From an uncultured Chloroflexia bacterium (GTDB taxonomy: Bacteria > Chloroflexota > Limnocylindria > Limnocylindrales > CSP1-4), in contig CAVZHW010000007.1 of assembly GCA_963775225.1 (NCBI GenBank), positions 135,105-199,104 on the forward strand: DNA of 64,000 nt. The letters run 5' to 3'. Below the pieces are notes generated by a model, which saw only the letters and a program-made list of their open reading frames with translations, was not told the DNA's origin and made no database searches. The first letter of the stretch is position 1. Each line of letters opens with the position of its first letter. Below, piece by piece: positions 1 to 9,986 of this stretch. Both the position numbers and the translations under genes were made by a program.

Positions 1-191
1 GTGACGACGGGCAACAGGCTGAACGAGGGACTCGTCGTCGGGGTGGGCGTGGCCGCGGATGCGGCGGTTGGGCCGCCTGTGGTGATGAATGCGACGGTTG
101 CATCGGTCGCCGTACCCGGCATCGAGAAGGCGGTCGTGGCGCTGATGGAAAGCAGTGCCACGAGCGCAAGCAGGGGTGTCTTCCAGCGCAT
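1..191 (-). CDS. N-terminus of a secreted protein (gene continues beyond the window start)
   Basis: ATG at 191-189 gives MRWKTPLLALVALLSISATTAFS..., a classic n/h/c signal peptide, followed by a Thr/Pro/Ala-rich stretch. I prefer this to the co-phased plus ORF 1-246, which has no recognisable features. Confidence 0.45.
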   Translation of the reverse strand, partial: MRWKTPLLALVALLSISATTAFSMPGTATDATVAFITTGGPTAASAATPTPTTSPSFSLLPVV

Positions 192-320
192 GCCGCAAGC
201 GAACCGCGCCGGGGCGCCCGTGACACCTGGACAAAAGGACCCCTAACCACACACGAAGGGGCTAGGGCGAGCGGGACGCCTGGCTGCGGCGCCCGCGGCG
301 ATCCGTGCCGGCGGCCTGAA

Positions 321-701
321 TCAGCCTTTCGGTTGGACCACCGCGAGGACGTTGCCGCTCGGGTCGATGAACCACGCTGCCCACGAGTGGCCCATGTCGG
401 CGATGCCGTCGATGGTCACCGGGTCGGGCGCTGCGTACTCCTCGATGCGCACGCCACGCTCGCGCAGTTCCGCGACCGCGGCGTGGATGTCGGGCACTTT
501 CCAGGCCATCTGGGTCTGCGTGTCGCTGGTGCCGACCGAGCTGAGCGTGACGGCCAACCGGGTGTCGGCGGAGCGAAAGACGATGCGGTCATCCGGATCC
601 TCACGCAGGATGTCCAGCCCGAGCACGTCGTGATAGAAGGCCCTGCTCGCCGTAAGGTCCCTGGATAGCAGGATCGGGAAGACCTGGTGCTCGCCGAGCA
701 T
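321..701 (-). CDS. VOC family (glyoxalase/bleomycin-resistance/dioxygenase fold) protein
   Basis: ORF 321-794 trimmed to ATG 701 ([16 protein letters not shown]...). FYHDVLGL near the N-terminus and AAWFIDPSGNVLAVVQ at the C-terminus are typical of paired beta-alpha-beta-beta-beta VOC modules. Confidence 0.75.
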   Translation of the reverse strand: MLGEHQVFPILLSRDLTASRAFYHDVLGLDILREDPDDRIVFRSADTRLAVTLSSVGTSDTQTQMAWKVPDIHAAVAELRERGVRIEEYAAPDPVTIDGIADMGHSWAAWFIDPSGNVLAVVQPKG

Positions 702-1914
702 GTCGCACCTCTGTGCTTTGGCGCGGACTGCGTCGCCGATCGACTCCGATGCCGGCGAGGGACTGTCGCACAACGGGTACCCATACCAGCGCACCGGCTG
801 CCTGCGCGGCGATGACGATGAGCAAGAGTATGCCCGGGACCGCGGTAACCAGCGCGGGATAAGTCCAATCGAGCAATCCGTTGGGCAGGCTCGCGAGCGC
901 GGTCGACACGACGCCGTCGATGCCGCTCACCAGGTCCTGGCCGCCCCCGCCGCCGGCGTCGCTCGGTGGCATGCCGATCGTGAGCGGCGCGTAAGTGGGC
1001 GATGGCGATGTGGGGCCGGGCGCCGCGGAACCGGACGCAGGGTTCCCGGAGGACGTATCGACCGGCGGCGAAGTGCGCGGAGCCGGCGACACCGGTGCAC
1101 TCGGAGGTACCGATGCCGTAACGGCTGGCGTGGGACTCGTCGATGCAGGTGGCGCGGTGGGTACAGGCGGTGAAGGGGAAGGCGGGCTCGCTGAGGCGGT
1201 CGGCGCGTAGAGCGGGCCGTCGGTGTCGCCGTTGGGGTCGAGCTGGCCGTGGGTCGTGGGGTGGGCGTTGGCGTTCGGGTGGGCGTGGGGGTGGGCGTGG
1301 GGGTGGGCGTTCGGGTGGGCGTTGGCCTCGGTGTCGAGGTCGGCGTCACAGTTGGGGTCGGCGTCGGTATCAGAGACGGCAGGACGACAAACGCAAGCGT
1401 GCCGGACGAGCCGCCATTCCCTGCACGTCTTTGTCGTCGGCGCGCCCGGATGGTGGTAGGCGCCGACCGACCAGACCATCGCTCCGACAACATTCGCCAC
1501 TCCGCGGATCTGAAAAACGGCCTCGTCGATGGGTGGAGTGCTGCCCACTAGTGGGTACTTTTCCTGCGGCTCCTTGAACGTCACCACGCTGCCGCCCGAC
1601 CAGATCACCTGCCACGCGTCGTAGGCCGCTCCCGACGTCTGTCCACGCACGGAGACGATTGAGGCGGACACGATGTCGAAGGTCGTTTCGATCTGGAACT
1701 GGACACACGTTATCTCTGAGCCCGCGCCGCTGTCGCCGATGTTGGTCACGGTGATCGCGATCGACGTCGTGCCACCGGCGACGAGGTCGATGGGGTTGGC
1801 GAAAACTGTGAAGGCACGTGCGGCGAGCACGGGTGAAACGAGCAGAAACAGGATGAATGTGGCGGAGCCGAGTGCAGCGAGACGCCCGGTCATGTGGCGA
1901 GACGGGGAACCCAA
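601..1914 (-). CDS. Membrane-anchored surface protein with a His-Pro repeat and a Pro/Ser/Thr-rich linker
   Basis: Signal peptide [23 protein letters not shown] and a ~170-aa globular N-domain. Then (HPxA)n and a PST-rich low-complexity region, a C-terminal TM helix [19 protein letters not shown] and a basic tail. Start is ATG 1914 or 1893. The 3' end overlaps the VOC gene by ~100 nt in another frame. Confidence 0.6.
   Translation of the reverse strand: MGSPSRHMTGRLAALGSATFILFLLVSPVLAARAFTVFANPIDLVAGGTTSIAITVTNIGDSGAGSEITCVQFQIETTFDIVSASIVSVRGQTSGAAYDAWQVIWSGGSVVTFKEPQEKYPLVGSTPPIDEAVFQIRGVANVVGAMVWSVGAYHHPGAPTTKTCREWRLVRHACVCRPAVSDTDADPNCDADLDTEANAHPNAHPHAHPHAHPNANAHPTTHGQLDPNGDTDGPLYAPTASASPPSPSPPVPTAPPASTSPTPAVTASVPPSAPVSPAPRTSPPVDTSSGNPASGSAAPGPTSPSPTYAPLTIGMPPSDAGGGGGQDLVSGIDGVVSTALASLPNGLLDWTYPALVTAVPGILLLIVIAAQAAGALVWVPVVRQSLAGIGVDRRRSPRQSTEVRHARRAPGLPDPAIQGPYGEQGLLSRRARAGHPA
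1255..1326. repeat. Tandem 12-nt repeat (GTGGGCGTGGGG-like, ~5.5 units) inside the surface-protein gene
   Basis: Units are readable at 1261, 1279, 1291, 1303 and 1315. On the minus strand they encode [20 protein letters not shown]. Confidence 0.85.
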
Positions 1915-3804
1915 AGTGTGTTCACCGGAACGTCGGCGTTCGGGTCGGGCGCATCCGGAGCAGTCTCGAGCGCGTGGATGAACACGGTCACCAGACGTTC
2001 ATCGAGCTGAGTTCCCGCGGCATCGCCGAGGCGAGTCACCGCCTCGCGAACGTCGAGCGCCTTGCGATACGGTCGTGTAGTGGTCATGGCCGAGAACGCG
2101 TCGGCCACGGCAAGGATGCGCGCCACGAGCGGGATGTCCTTGCCGGCGAGCCCGGCAAGGTAACCGCGGCCGTCCCAGCGTTCGTGGTGGTTGCGGATGC
2201 CCGCCCGCACCACGGCGATGTCGGGCAGTTCGCGGACGATCAGGTCGCCCAGTGCGACGTGCTGCTTTACCACCTCTGTCTCGTCGCGCGTCAGCCGTCC
2301 GGGCTTGCGTAGGACCTGATCCGGAATGCCGATCTTACCGATGTCATGCAGCAGGCCGGCGATGTGCAGCGTCCTCAGCTTGTCTGCGTCAAGCCCGACC
2401 TGTTGGCCCAGGAAGACCGCGTAGCGGGCAACGTCCTGCGAGTGGCGCCTCGTGTAGTGATCCTTGGTGTCGACGGCGAACACGAGACCCTGCAGGACAT
2501 CGAACCTGGAGTCAACGGCCCGCGACTCGCTCACGTCGTTGCCGGCGACGCGCACAACGTCACCGCCACTCGCCCTGGCCTCCGCGAGCGTCTGCGCGGC
2601 GAGCGACAGCAGCGCCGTTACCGAGGTGGCGTGTTGCGGGTAGGGCAGATGCGCGCACTGACGGTGATGGGCAGCGCCTCGGTCGACTCGAACCTGATGC
2701 TGGTGCCGGCCAGGCGTGCGCGGATGCGTTCAACGATCGCGGCCAGATCGGCCGGGGAGTCGGGCGGCCTGATGATCAGGAATTCGTCGGGGCCGTAGCG
2801 GCCCACGACCATCTCCGGTGGAAGTTCCGCCGCCGCCTACGGGCCACGGCCAGAAGAACCTCGTCGCCGGCGCGGTGGGTGTACGTGTCGTTGACCAGAC
2901 CGGAAGTTGTCGATGTCGATGAGCGCAACGTCCAGCGTGGCCCCCATCTCGAGGGCATGCTCGATCTCCTGCGCGAGATGGCCGACCACAGCGCCGTGAC
3001 TGAGCGTCGCGGTCAGCGAGTCGCGGTGGCTGGCTTCGATCAGGGCGGCGGTCTGCCGCGAGATGCGCGCCTGTGCGGCACCGGAAGATGAAGAAAAGCA
3101 TCACCGCGACGATCAGGGCCGCGGTCAGGATGACCAGCACCACGCTTCCGCGCAAGCCGTCCAGTGATTGCAGGATGGGTTGTGCGTCTCGCCAGACACC
3201 GACAACTAGGGCGACGCGCCCGTCGAGGCTCAGCGGGAGGTACTCACGCAGCACGGTGGTGGCGGAAATCGAGCCCGGGCCGGCGTCGGCCTGATCCGCG
3301 CCGGCCATGTCGACGACGACGGTTCCTGGTCAACTGCCGCCCGGAACTGTTCGTTCGGGGGGACGATGGCGCCGGCCGCAGCCGGATCCGTGGCGGCGAT
3401 GATCGCGCCGTCAGGAGTGCGTAGCTCGACGCGCAGGATGCCACCCTTGCTCGTGAGCGTCGCCATCAACGAGTCGAGATTGGCCTGCTCTGGAGAGCCT
3501 GGGCGGGGTCGTCGACCAGCGCCGGGTCGACGCCCTGCTGGACGAAGCCGCGGATGGTGGCCAGGTCGCTAGCGATGATGGCGTTGAACGCCGTCTGTGA
3601 CGAGTAGACCGAGACCATCAGCGCCTGCGCGGTCGCTGTCACGCCGATGATGACAAGGAAGACGCCGAAGACGACCAGCAACAGCACCGGCCGCGGCGGT
3701 CGTGTCCGCGCGCCGAACGAGTCCACTACGAGTTCATCTCCCGCACGCTTCGTTACCCCCCTGCGCGGGAGGCTAGGTGCGCCTACGCGCTCGCCCCAGT
3801 CCAC
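1890..3804 (-). pseudogene. Eroded membrane sensor with GGDEF and HD-GYP domains (at least 6 frame changes)
   Basis: One gene can be followed across these ORF pieces. 3466-3804 holds a TM helix. 3230-3469 and 2730-3308 hold the second TM, VLVILTAALIVAVMLFFIF. An unlisted frame reads AAQARISRQTAALIEASHRDSLTATLSHGAV...IDIDNFR. 2776-2958 reads VNDTYTHRAGDEVLLAVA and 2618-2812 reads GRYGPDEFLII. 1890-2555 is an intact HD-GYP part (HDIGKIGIP, HHERWDGRGY). Frames run 0>1>2>1>0>1>2. Confidence 0.7.
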
Positions 3805-3854
3805 AAAAGTACCGGCCAGCCCACGTCACCGACCTCGCGACGGGCTGCCCTCGA

Positions 3855-4109
3855 TCAGGCCGACTGGTCAGGCGCTCCCAGCCAGGCGGCGATCTGCCCG
3901 ACGCTCGGAATCCGGCCGACACTGACGATCTTGCCGTCGATCACCAGTCCGGGCGTCGAGAGCACGCCGCGGCCGGCGATCGCGGCCATGTCGGTAACGT
4001 GATCGAGCTGCGCCTCCAGGCCGGCGTCGGCCAGGGCCCGGCGAACGTTTCGCTCGACCGCCTGGCAGTTTGGGCAGCCCGAGCCCAGAACCTCGATGAA
4101 GTGCGTCAC
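3855..4109 (-). CDS. Thioredoxin-fold protein (redox-active disulfide protein 2 / glutaredoxin-like)
   Basis: GTG 4109 is preceded by AGGAG. The 84-aa product VTHFIEVLGSGCPNCQ... has a CxxC motif near the N-terminus and the usual ~80-aa size. It lies downstream of the permease in the same operon. Confidence 0.75.
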   Translation of the reverse strand: MTHFIEVLGSGCPNCQAVERNVRRALADAGLEAQLDHVTDMAAIAGRGVLSTPGLVIDGKIVSVGRIPSVGQIAAWLGAPDQSA

Positions 4110-4126
4110 AGTGAAGTCTCCTCGTG

Positions 4127-5170
4127 CTAGATGAGTGCGTTGAACAGGTAGCCGATGAACAGGATCCCGACGCCAACGATGGCCACGAATGCGACCAGCA
4201 GCGGCAGGCGCATGACGCGGCGCAGGATGATCAGTTCGGGCAGGCTGATGGCGGTTACGGCCATCATGAAAGCGAGCGTGGTGCCCAATGGCAGGCCCTT
4301 GCCGAGCAGCGCCTGGACGATCGGCAGAATGCCCGCCGCGTTCGAATACAGCGGCACGGCCAGGATCACGACCATGGGCACGGCGAGCAGGTTGGCGCGC
4401 CCGCCGATATCGGTCACCAGCTCCATCGGCGCGTAGCCGTGGATGAGTGCGCCGATGGCGATGCCGCCGACGACGAACGGCCAGATCCGCCCCACCAGCC
4501 GGCGCGTCTCCGACCACGCGTCGCTGAGCCGCTCGTCGATGGACGGCGGCGCGACGTTGAGGCCGGCCGTGCCGCTGTGCACCTCCCACACATAGGGCTC
4601 GACGTAGCGCTCCAGGTGCAGGCGGCCGATGAGCAGGCCACCGGCGATCGCGACGGCCAGTCCGGCGGCCATGTAGATCAGCGCGATGCCTGGGCCGAAC
4701 AGGCCCCACAGCAGCACCAGCGCGACCTCGTTGACCATCGGCGAACTGATCAGGAAGGCGAAGGTAACGCCGAGCGGGATACCTGCCTCGAGGAAGCCGA
4801 TGGTCAGCGGCACGGCGGAGCAGCTGCAGAACGGGGTGATGATGCCGAAACCGGCCGCGGCGGCCGTTCCGGTCAGCTGGCCGTGGCCGGCCAGCGCAGT
4901 GCGTACGCGTTCAGCCGGGAAGAAGCCACGCACGAAGGTCACGACCGTGACAATGCCCAGCAGCAGCAACAGCACCTTGGGCGCGTCGAGCAGGAAGAAG
5001 GCCACCGCTTCGCCCAGTTGAGTGCCGCGCTCGAGGCGCAGCAGGTCGAAGGTCAGCCAGTCGGCGAGCGGCGCGTTGGCCAGCCAGGCGGCGAGCCAGC
5101 CCGACACCGCAAGGCCCAGCCACAGCGGCCGCGAAGCACGCTGCGGGACAGGCAGATAGGTGGCGGTCAT
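4127..5170 (-). CDS. Permease of the UPF0718/ArsP-like family
   Basis: ORF 4127-5356 trimmed to ATG 5170 (MTATYLPV...), which overlaps the ArsR stop (ATGA). It is a polytopic membrane protein with the family-typical GIITPFCSCSAVP cysteine motif. Confidence 0.75.
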   Translation of the reverse strand: MTATYLPVPQRASRPLWLGLAVSGWLAAWLANAPLADWLTFDLLRLERGTQLGEAVAFFLLDAPKVLLLLLGIVTVVTFVRGFFPAERVRTALAGHGQLTGTAAAAGFGIITPFCSCSAVPLTIGFLEAGIPLGVTFAFLISSPMVNEVALVLLWGLFGPGIALIYMAAGLAVAIAGGLLIGRLHLERYVEPYVWEVHSGTAGLNVAPPSIDERLSDAWSETRRLVGRIWPFVVGGIAIGALIHGYAPMELVTDIGGRANLLAVPMVVILAVPLYSNAAGILPIVQALLGKGLPLGTTLAFMMAVTAISLPELIILRRVMRLPLLVAFVAIVGVGILFIGYLFNALI

Positions 5171-5496
5171 CAGAGCAGCTGCGAGACCCGTTGGCGGGCC
5201 GCTGCGCACGCTTCCTCGTCGCGCTCGTAGTAGACCCACCGAGCGTCGGCGGCGTGGCGGCTGGCGCGCACCAGGCCTGCGGCGCGCAAGCGCGCCAGAT
5301 GATTGCTGACGTTGTTCTCGCGTTCGCCGGTTGCGGCGGCCATCTCGCACACGCAATGCGGGCCACTGCGTAACAGGGCGAGGATCGCGGCGCGGGTGCC
5401 GTCGGCGAGCAGCGCCGTCGTCGCGACGGCGTCCTTCACGTCGGGCGCGACGATGCCCGGCCGGGGGGCGGGGAGGACTGGAAGATCCACGGGCAT
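5170..5496 (-). CDS. ArsR/SmtB family metalloregulator-type transcriptional repressor
   Basis: ORF 5170-6222 trimmed to ATG 5496 (108 aa). Winged HTH LADGTRAAILALLRSGPHCVCEMAAATGERENNVSNHLARLRAAGLV with a CVC motif in helix alpha-3. Confidence 0.8.
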   Translation of the reverse strand: MPVDLPVLPAPRPGIVAPDVKDAVATTALLADGTRAAILALLRSGPHCVCEMAAATGERENNVSNHLARLRAAGLVRASRHAADARWVYYERDEEACAAARQRVSQLL

Positions 5497-5508
5497 CTCA
5501 TGGCGGAG

Positions 5509-5530
5509 TGTCTCAATCGCGGCTGAGATA
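5509..5530. promoter_or_regulatory. Candidate ArsR operator dyad
   Basis: Imperfect inverted repeat TGTCTCA-N8-TGAGATA (6/7 complementary), ~12 nt upstream of the arsR-family start, in the intergenic region shared with the divergent LLM gene. Confidence 0.4.
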
Positions 5531-5649
5531 TACGCCTGCCAGATGGCCCGAAACCGACGGGCACTTTGGCGTCTGGCCGCCGAGAGGGGGTAATCGGATA
5601 TGGTGTCCAGGCTGCTGCGAGATGGCTCGAAGCACCGCTGGAGGGCTCC

Positions 5650-6580
5650 GTGGCCAAATTCGAAATCGGCGTGGTGCTGTACACGTTCCAGTACGGGCCG
5701 GAACGGCGCACCACGCGCTGGCAGGAGATGCGCGCGGTATGCCTGCGCGCCGAGCAGGTGGGCTTCGACACCGTATGGATCCCCGACGAACTGCTGCAGC
5801 GCGTCGAAGGAGAACCGCCGACCGGCGTGTGGGATGGTGTCTCGATCGCGGGTGCCGCCGCCGCAGTGACCTCGACCATCAAGATCGGCACCTGGGTGCT
5901 GTCCGCGCTGCACCGCAACCCGGGCATCATCGCCAAGACGGCTGAGACACTCGACGAGATCAGTGCTGGCCGCTTCGTCTTTGGCCTCGGCGCGGGCCAT
6001 GCCGGGCCTGGCCAGGCGCATGCCTTCGGCCTGCCGGAGGATGAGATCCCCGCCCGCTTCAAGGAGGCGCTCGAGGTCATCGTCCCGCTGATGCGCGGCG
6101 GCAGGGCCGATTTCGAGGGAAAGTTCCACGCAGCGCGCGATCTGGTGCAGCAACCAGCTGGGACCGCGCCCGAACGCCATCCCGCTGCTGATCGGCGGCA
6201 ACCGGCGGCTGGGCCAGCGCATGGCGGCGCGCTACGCGGACATCTGGAGCAGCTTCGAAACCGCCAGCGCCTACGTCGAAGAATTCAGGCCGCGCATGGA
6301 ATCGTTCCTGGCCGTGTGCGAGGAGGAGGGCCGCGATCCGGCAAGCATCGGACGGGACGCGGGCATGCTCGTCCACCCGCTCGAACCAGCCGGCGCGAGC
6401 ACGGAGTACCTGTCAGGCTCGCCAGAGGAGATCGCCGACTCGTTGCGCGCCTTCCGCGCGGCCGGTTTCACTCAGGTCGATCTGATGATCGAGCCCGGGA
6501 CGGTCGAGGCGTTCGACGCAGTGGCGCCCGTCGTCGAGCTGCTCAACGCCGACCAGCTCGGTGATCGACCAGGTGATTGA
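5650..6580 (+). CDS. LLM-class (luciferase-like) F420/flavin-dependent oxidoreductase, frameshifted
   Basis: GTG 5650 follows GGAGGG. ORF 5566-6564 carries the N-terminal TIM-barrel part (FDTVWIPDE, GRFVFGLGAGH). After ~6145-6152 the sense continues in ORF 6221-6580 and upstream of it (NQLGPRPNAIPLLIGGNRRLGQRMAARYADIWSS). Confidence 0.75.
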
Positions 6581-6590
6581 GTAAGTCGGC

Positions 6591-7031
6591 CTAGGCAACC
6601 GGCGCGCGAGTTGTCCATGGTCCCACGCCACGTACCCGCTCGATCGTGATGTGGGTGATGAAGCCCGGTGGCGGGTCAGGCATGCCGGGGAAGACGACGT
6701 CAGGCCCGAGGTAGGTATGGGCGAGCGTCTGCAGGAGCGCGGCTGCACCGCCCTGCGTGATGCGTGCCGTGCCCTCGATGACCAGGTATTCGCGCAGCCC
6801 CCACTCGTTGACGCGCTCACCCTGGATCGACAGCGCGACACGCGCGTCCCGGCGCAGGTTGTGCAGCTTGCGTTGATCGGGCAACGTCGCGAAGACGATC
6901 TCGTCGCCATCGAGACCCACCCAGGCCGAGCTGAGCTGCGGCGATCCGTCGGGATTGATCGTCACGATCGTTGCCACCGCGTCCGACCGCACTAATTCGC
7001 GTGCATGCTCCGAGAGATTCTTTGGCATCAC
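6591..7031 (-). CDS. PPOX-class (pyridoxamine 5'-phosphate oxidase-like) F420-dependent oxidoreductase
   Basis: 146 aa. The pattern ATIVTINPDGSPQLSSAWVGLDGDEIVFATLPDQRKLHNLRRDARVALSI is typical of the split-barrel PPOX family. Confidence 0.7.
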   Translation of the reverse strand: MMPKNLSEHARELVRSDAVATIVTINPDGSPQLSSAWVGLDGDEIVFATLPDQRKLHNLRRDARVALSIQGERVNEWGLREYLVIEGTARITQGGAAALLQTLAHTYLGPDVVFPGMPDPPPGFITHITIERVRGVGPWTTRAPVA

Positions 7032-7045
7032 GCCCCAATCACGGT

Positions 7046-9534
7046 TCAGCGACCGACGATGCGGATGTTATCGAGCAGGATCTGCTCGTCCCCGCCCGGG
7101 AACGTGGGCCCGTGCTTGCCCGGGAGGCCGTTGTCGTCCTCTTCGAAGAACAGCGTGACGGCCTTGCCGGCCCAGGCTGAGATGTCGACCGATTGCGTTC
7201 TGAAGCTGAGGCCGCTCTCCATGCCGGTGACGATCTCGTCGACCAGCGCGGTGCTCGTTTCGCCGTCCACCAGCCGCACGGTGAAGTGCGAGTCGGAGAC
7301 GCCGGTGTCATGGGCACTCACGTCGAACGACAAGGTCCCCGCGTCTGCCGGAAGCGTGATGGTCTTCTTGATCCAGGCGTTGGGCGCGCCAGGTCGACCG
7401 GTGCCGTCCAGTTGGACGATGCCTCCTGCGCGGTCGAGCTGGTACACCGTGCCCCAGTTCTTAGAGCCCTTGGGCCCGGCAACTCCGGGCGTCCAGGTGT
7501 CGAGGTCAGTATCGAAGGTGTACGTGAGCGGGCTCGCCGAAGCCAGTTCGAGCGTGAACAGGTCGCTTGGCGGGAAGCCCTTGACCACGACGAAGGCGTA
7601 TAGCTCGCTCGCCGACACGTGGTCGGGCGCGGTGAAGTTGAAGCTGAAGTCGGTCTGGCCGCTGGTGGCGGTGGCAGTGGCCAGCGTAGTGAGGCTGCCG
7701 CCCGTGTAGCGGACCAGCTCAATCTTGTCGATGTCGTAGATGGTCAGGAAGGTGACCGTGGTCGGGTCGAGCTTGACCGTCGCCGTGGCCTGATCGCCGG
7801 TTGCGTACTCGGTCTTGTCGGCCGTCAGCGTGCCTGTTGGTGAATCGGCGAGGTCGACGCTCTGTGACAGCTCGGCCTTGGCGAGGGAGCCCAGTCCGAG
7901 CAGCTTGACCAGCTTGTCGGCGTCGAGGCCGAGCTCCGCGCTCAACTCGAGCGTCAGCTTGAAGCTGGAGGCGTAGGCTTGATCGAGGATCTGTACCTTC
8001 TGTGGCGCCCAGTCGCCAGCCAGCTGGCCGCCGAGCTTGGCCTCGAAGGCCTCGAAACGCAGCTTCTGCAGGAACGGGTTGCCGATGGCGGCCTTGATGA
8101 ACGCGAATATGCTCAGGCTCGGCTGGAGGCGTAGGTCGGTCAGGCTCGGCGCATCGACTGTAGGTGTGGCATTGACGGTCGGGCTGTCGATGCTGCGTAC
8201 GAAGGTGCAGTCGGTACCGTCGGGGCAGTCGAAGCCGGCCGAGGCGCTGGCGCTCGCCTCGACGGTCGCGCCGATCGACATGCTCGCAACGGTGACTTTG
8301 CCACCTATCTCCACGCCAACACCAACGGGCAGGATGCCGCCGATGAACAGCGACACCGGCCCGCCGATCGGGATGCGAATGTCGAAGAGCTCGAGCTCGC
8401 AGGTGACTTTGGCCTCGAAGGCGATCGTCGCGGACAGCAGCGCCGACATCGTCGCCTTCGGCGCGGCATGGACCACCAGGCGTTCCAGACCGTTGGCCTT
8501 GCTCCAGACCACATCGAGGCTGGGGTTGAGCGACACGCTGAAGCTGGGCGCCTGGGTCAGCTTGAACGGCGCAGTCGGTAGCGAGGTCTCGCAGTCAGAG
8601 AAGGGCGGGAGGGCGACGGTCCCCTGCGCACCCGCGGCCGGTCGCGGTTGGGCGTCCTGCGTGCCGGGCTGGTAGGCGGCCAGCACCGCATCGGGCGCCT
8701 GAGCACCTATGAGCTGCTCGAAACCGGGCTTGCCAGTGAAGGTGTACGTATCGCCGTCGCGGCTGATATCGAAGAGACGGGTCACCTCAGCTGGAAAGCT
8801 GACCTGGGCGTGGGCGAGGTCGATGACTTCGTTCAACTCGAGGTTGGGCAGCAGGCTGGCCAGCGGTACGAGGGCCATGGTCACGGTCACGTCGTTGCCT
8901 GAGGGCGCCGGCGCGACCGCCGTCACGCGCCCGGCCAGGGCTCGGCCGCCGGTGCCCAGCAGCAGATCGCCGACGGCCGGGTTGAGGCCGGCGAGGGTGA
9001 CCTCGTAGGTGTTGTCGGCCGACGGCGGCGCATTGGGGTCGCTATCGACCGGGTCGCTCGTGATCTGCTCGTCGGGTACCAGCGTCACGCCCGCTGCCGG
9101 GACCGAGACGATGGCCAGAATTGGCGCCGAGACGACATCGCCGACGGTGGCCGTGATCTGCGTGGCGCCCAGTGCGGCGGCGGTCAGTGTGCCATCGGCA
9201 GCGACCGTCGCCACCTCCGGCCGGCTGGAGCTCCAGGTCACGTCGGCGACGGCGATCGGTAGCCCCGCGCCGTCGAAGCCGCCGGCAGTCAACGGGGCAG
9301 TCTGGCCGGGATCGGTCAAGAGAACCGCACCGGGATTGATCGCGAGGGACACCGCTTGGCCGCTCACCGGCGTCGGCCCGGGGGTGACTCGGGTGATCTG
9401 GTGGGCAAGGATGCGGTGGAGTTCGGCGCCGAAGGCGCGGGTGTTATGGCCGGCGTCGGGGAGGGCTCACTGGTGCAGCCGACCAAGGCGGCCACGGCCA
9501 GCGTGACGACGGCGATCATCCGCATGCGACTCAT
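7046..9534 (-). CDS. Large lipoprotein with a bacterial Ig-like (Big_2) domain, frameshifted near the 5' end
   Basis: ATG 9534 gives MSRMRMIAVVTLAVAALVGC (lipobox LVGC) but stops after ~55 codons. The 773-aa ORF 7046-9367 continues in another frame. Its N-terminal region has a Big_2-like segment (VTWSSSRPEVATVAADGTLTAAALGATQITATV), followed by a large beta-rich body. Confidence 0.65.
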
Positions 9535-9660
9535 CTGTTCCCTCGGATATCAGTCGACACCCGCATGGCGAGCCGCGGCGCCGGTGCAGCACTATATCCG
9601 CTCATGCAGCCGCGCAGTGTCGCCGTCGTAGCTGACGCCGCCATTCAATCCGGAACGCGC

Positions 9661-9689
9661 TTGACGCGCCTGCTCTATCTGGCTATAAA
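9661..9689 (+). promoter_or_regulatory. Sigma-70-type promoter placed for a leaderless vapB mRNA
   Basis: TTGACG (9661-9666), 17-nt spacer, TATAAA (9684-9689). ATG 9696 follows 6 nt later. Confidence 0.55.
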
Positions 9690-9695
9690 GGCTAG

Positions 9696-9986
9696 ATGAA
9701 GACGGCCACCGTCACGGAAGCCAAGAACGGACTGAGCGCGCTCATCGATCAGGTCAAGGCAGGGGAGACGGTCACCATCCTCGATCGCGGAACACCGGTA
9801 GCGCGCCTGGAGCCGGTTGTGTCGCACGCCGCGCAGGAGGGTCGGCTTCGGCGCCTGTCGCGCGCGGGGATCGTTCGGCTCCCGGATCAGAAGGCGCAGC
9901 GCGGGCTAACGCACCTGCCCCCGGCGGCGACGGTGGCATCGAGCGTCGTTGACGCTCTGCTCGACGAGCGCCGGACGGCTCGATGA
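9696..9986 (+). CDS. vapB: Phd/YefM-type antitoxin of a VapBC module
   Basis: MKTATVTEAKNGLSALIDQVKAGETVTILDRGTPVARLEP is a typical antitoxin N-domain. It overlaps the downstream PIN gene by 4 nt. Confidence 0.8.
   Translation: MKTATVTEAKNGLSALIDQVKAGETVTILDRGTPVARLEPVVSHAAQEGRLRRLSRAGIVRLPDQKAQRGLTHLPPAATVASSVVDALLDERRTAR

Noticed and set aside
1-246. Plus-strand ORF (81 aa) at the window start
   Set aside because: It shares third-codon positions with the minus-strand frame, so GC3 cannot discriminate between them. The plus product has no features, while the minus frame starts with a textbook signal peptide at 191.
246-320. Hairpin CCCCT-N12-AGGGG downstream of the VOC gene
   Set aside because: It has a short stem, a large loop and no U-tract. 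Too weak to call an intrinsic terminator.
4124-5230. 368-aa plus-strand ORF
   Set aside because: It is antisense to the UPF0718/ArsP-like permease. Highly charged low-complexity product.
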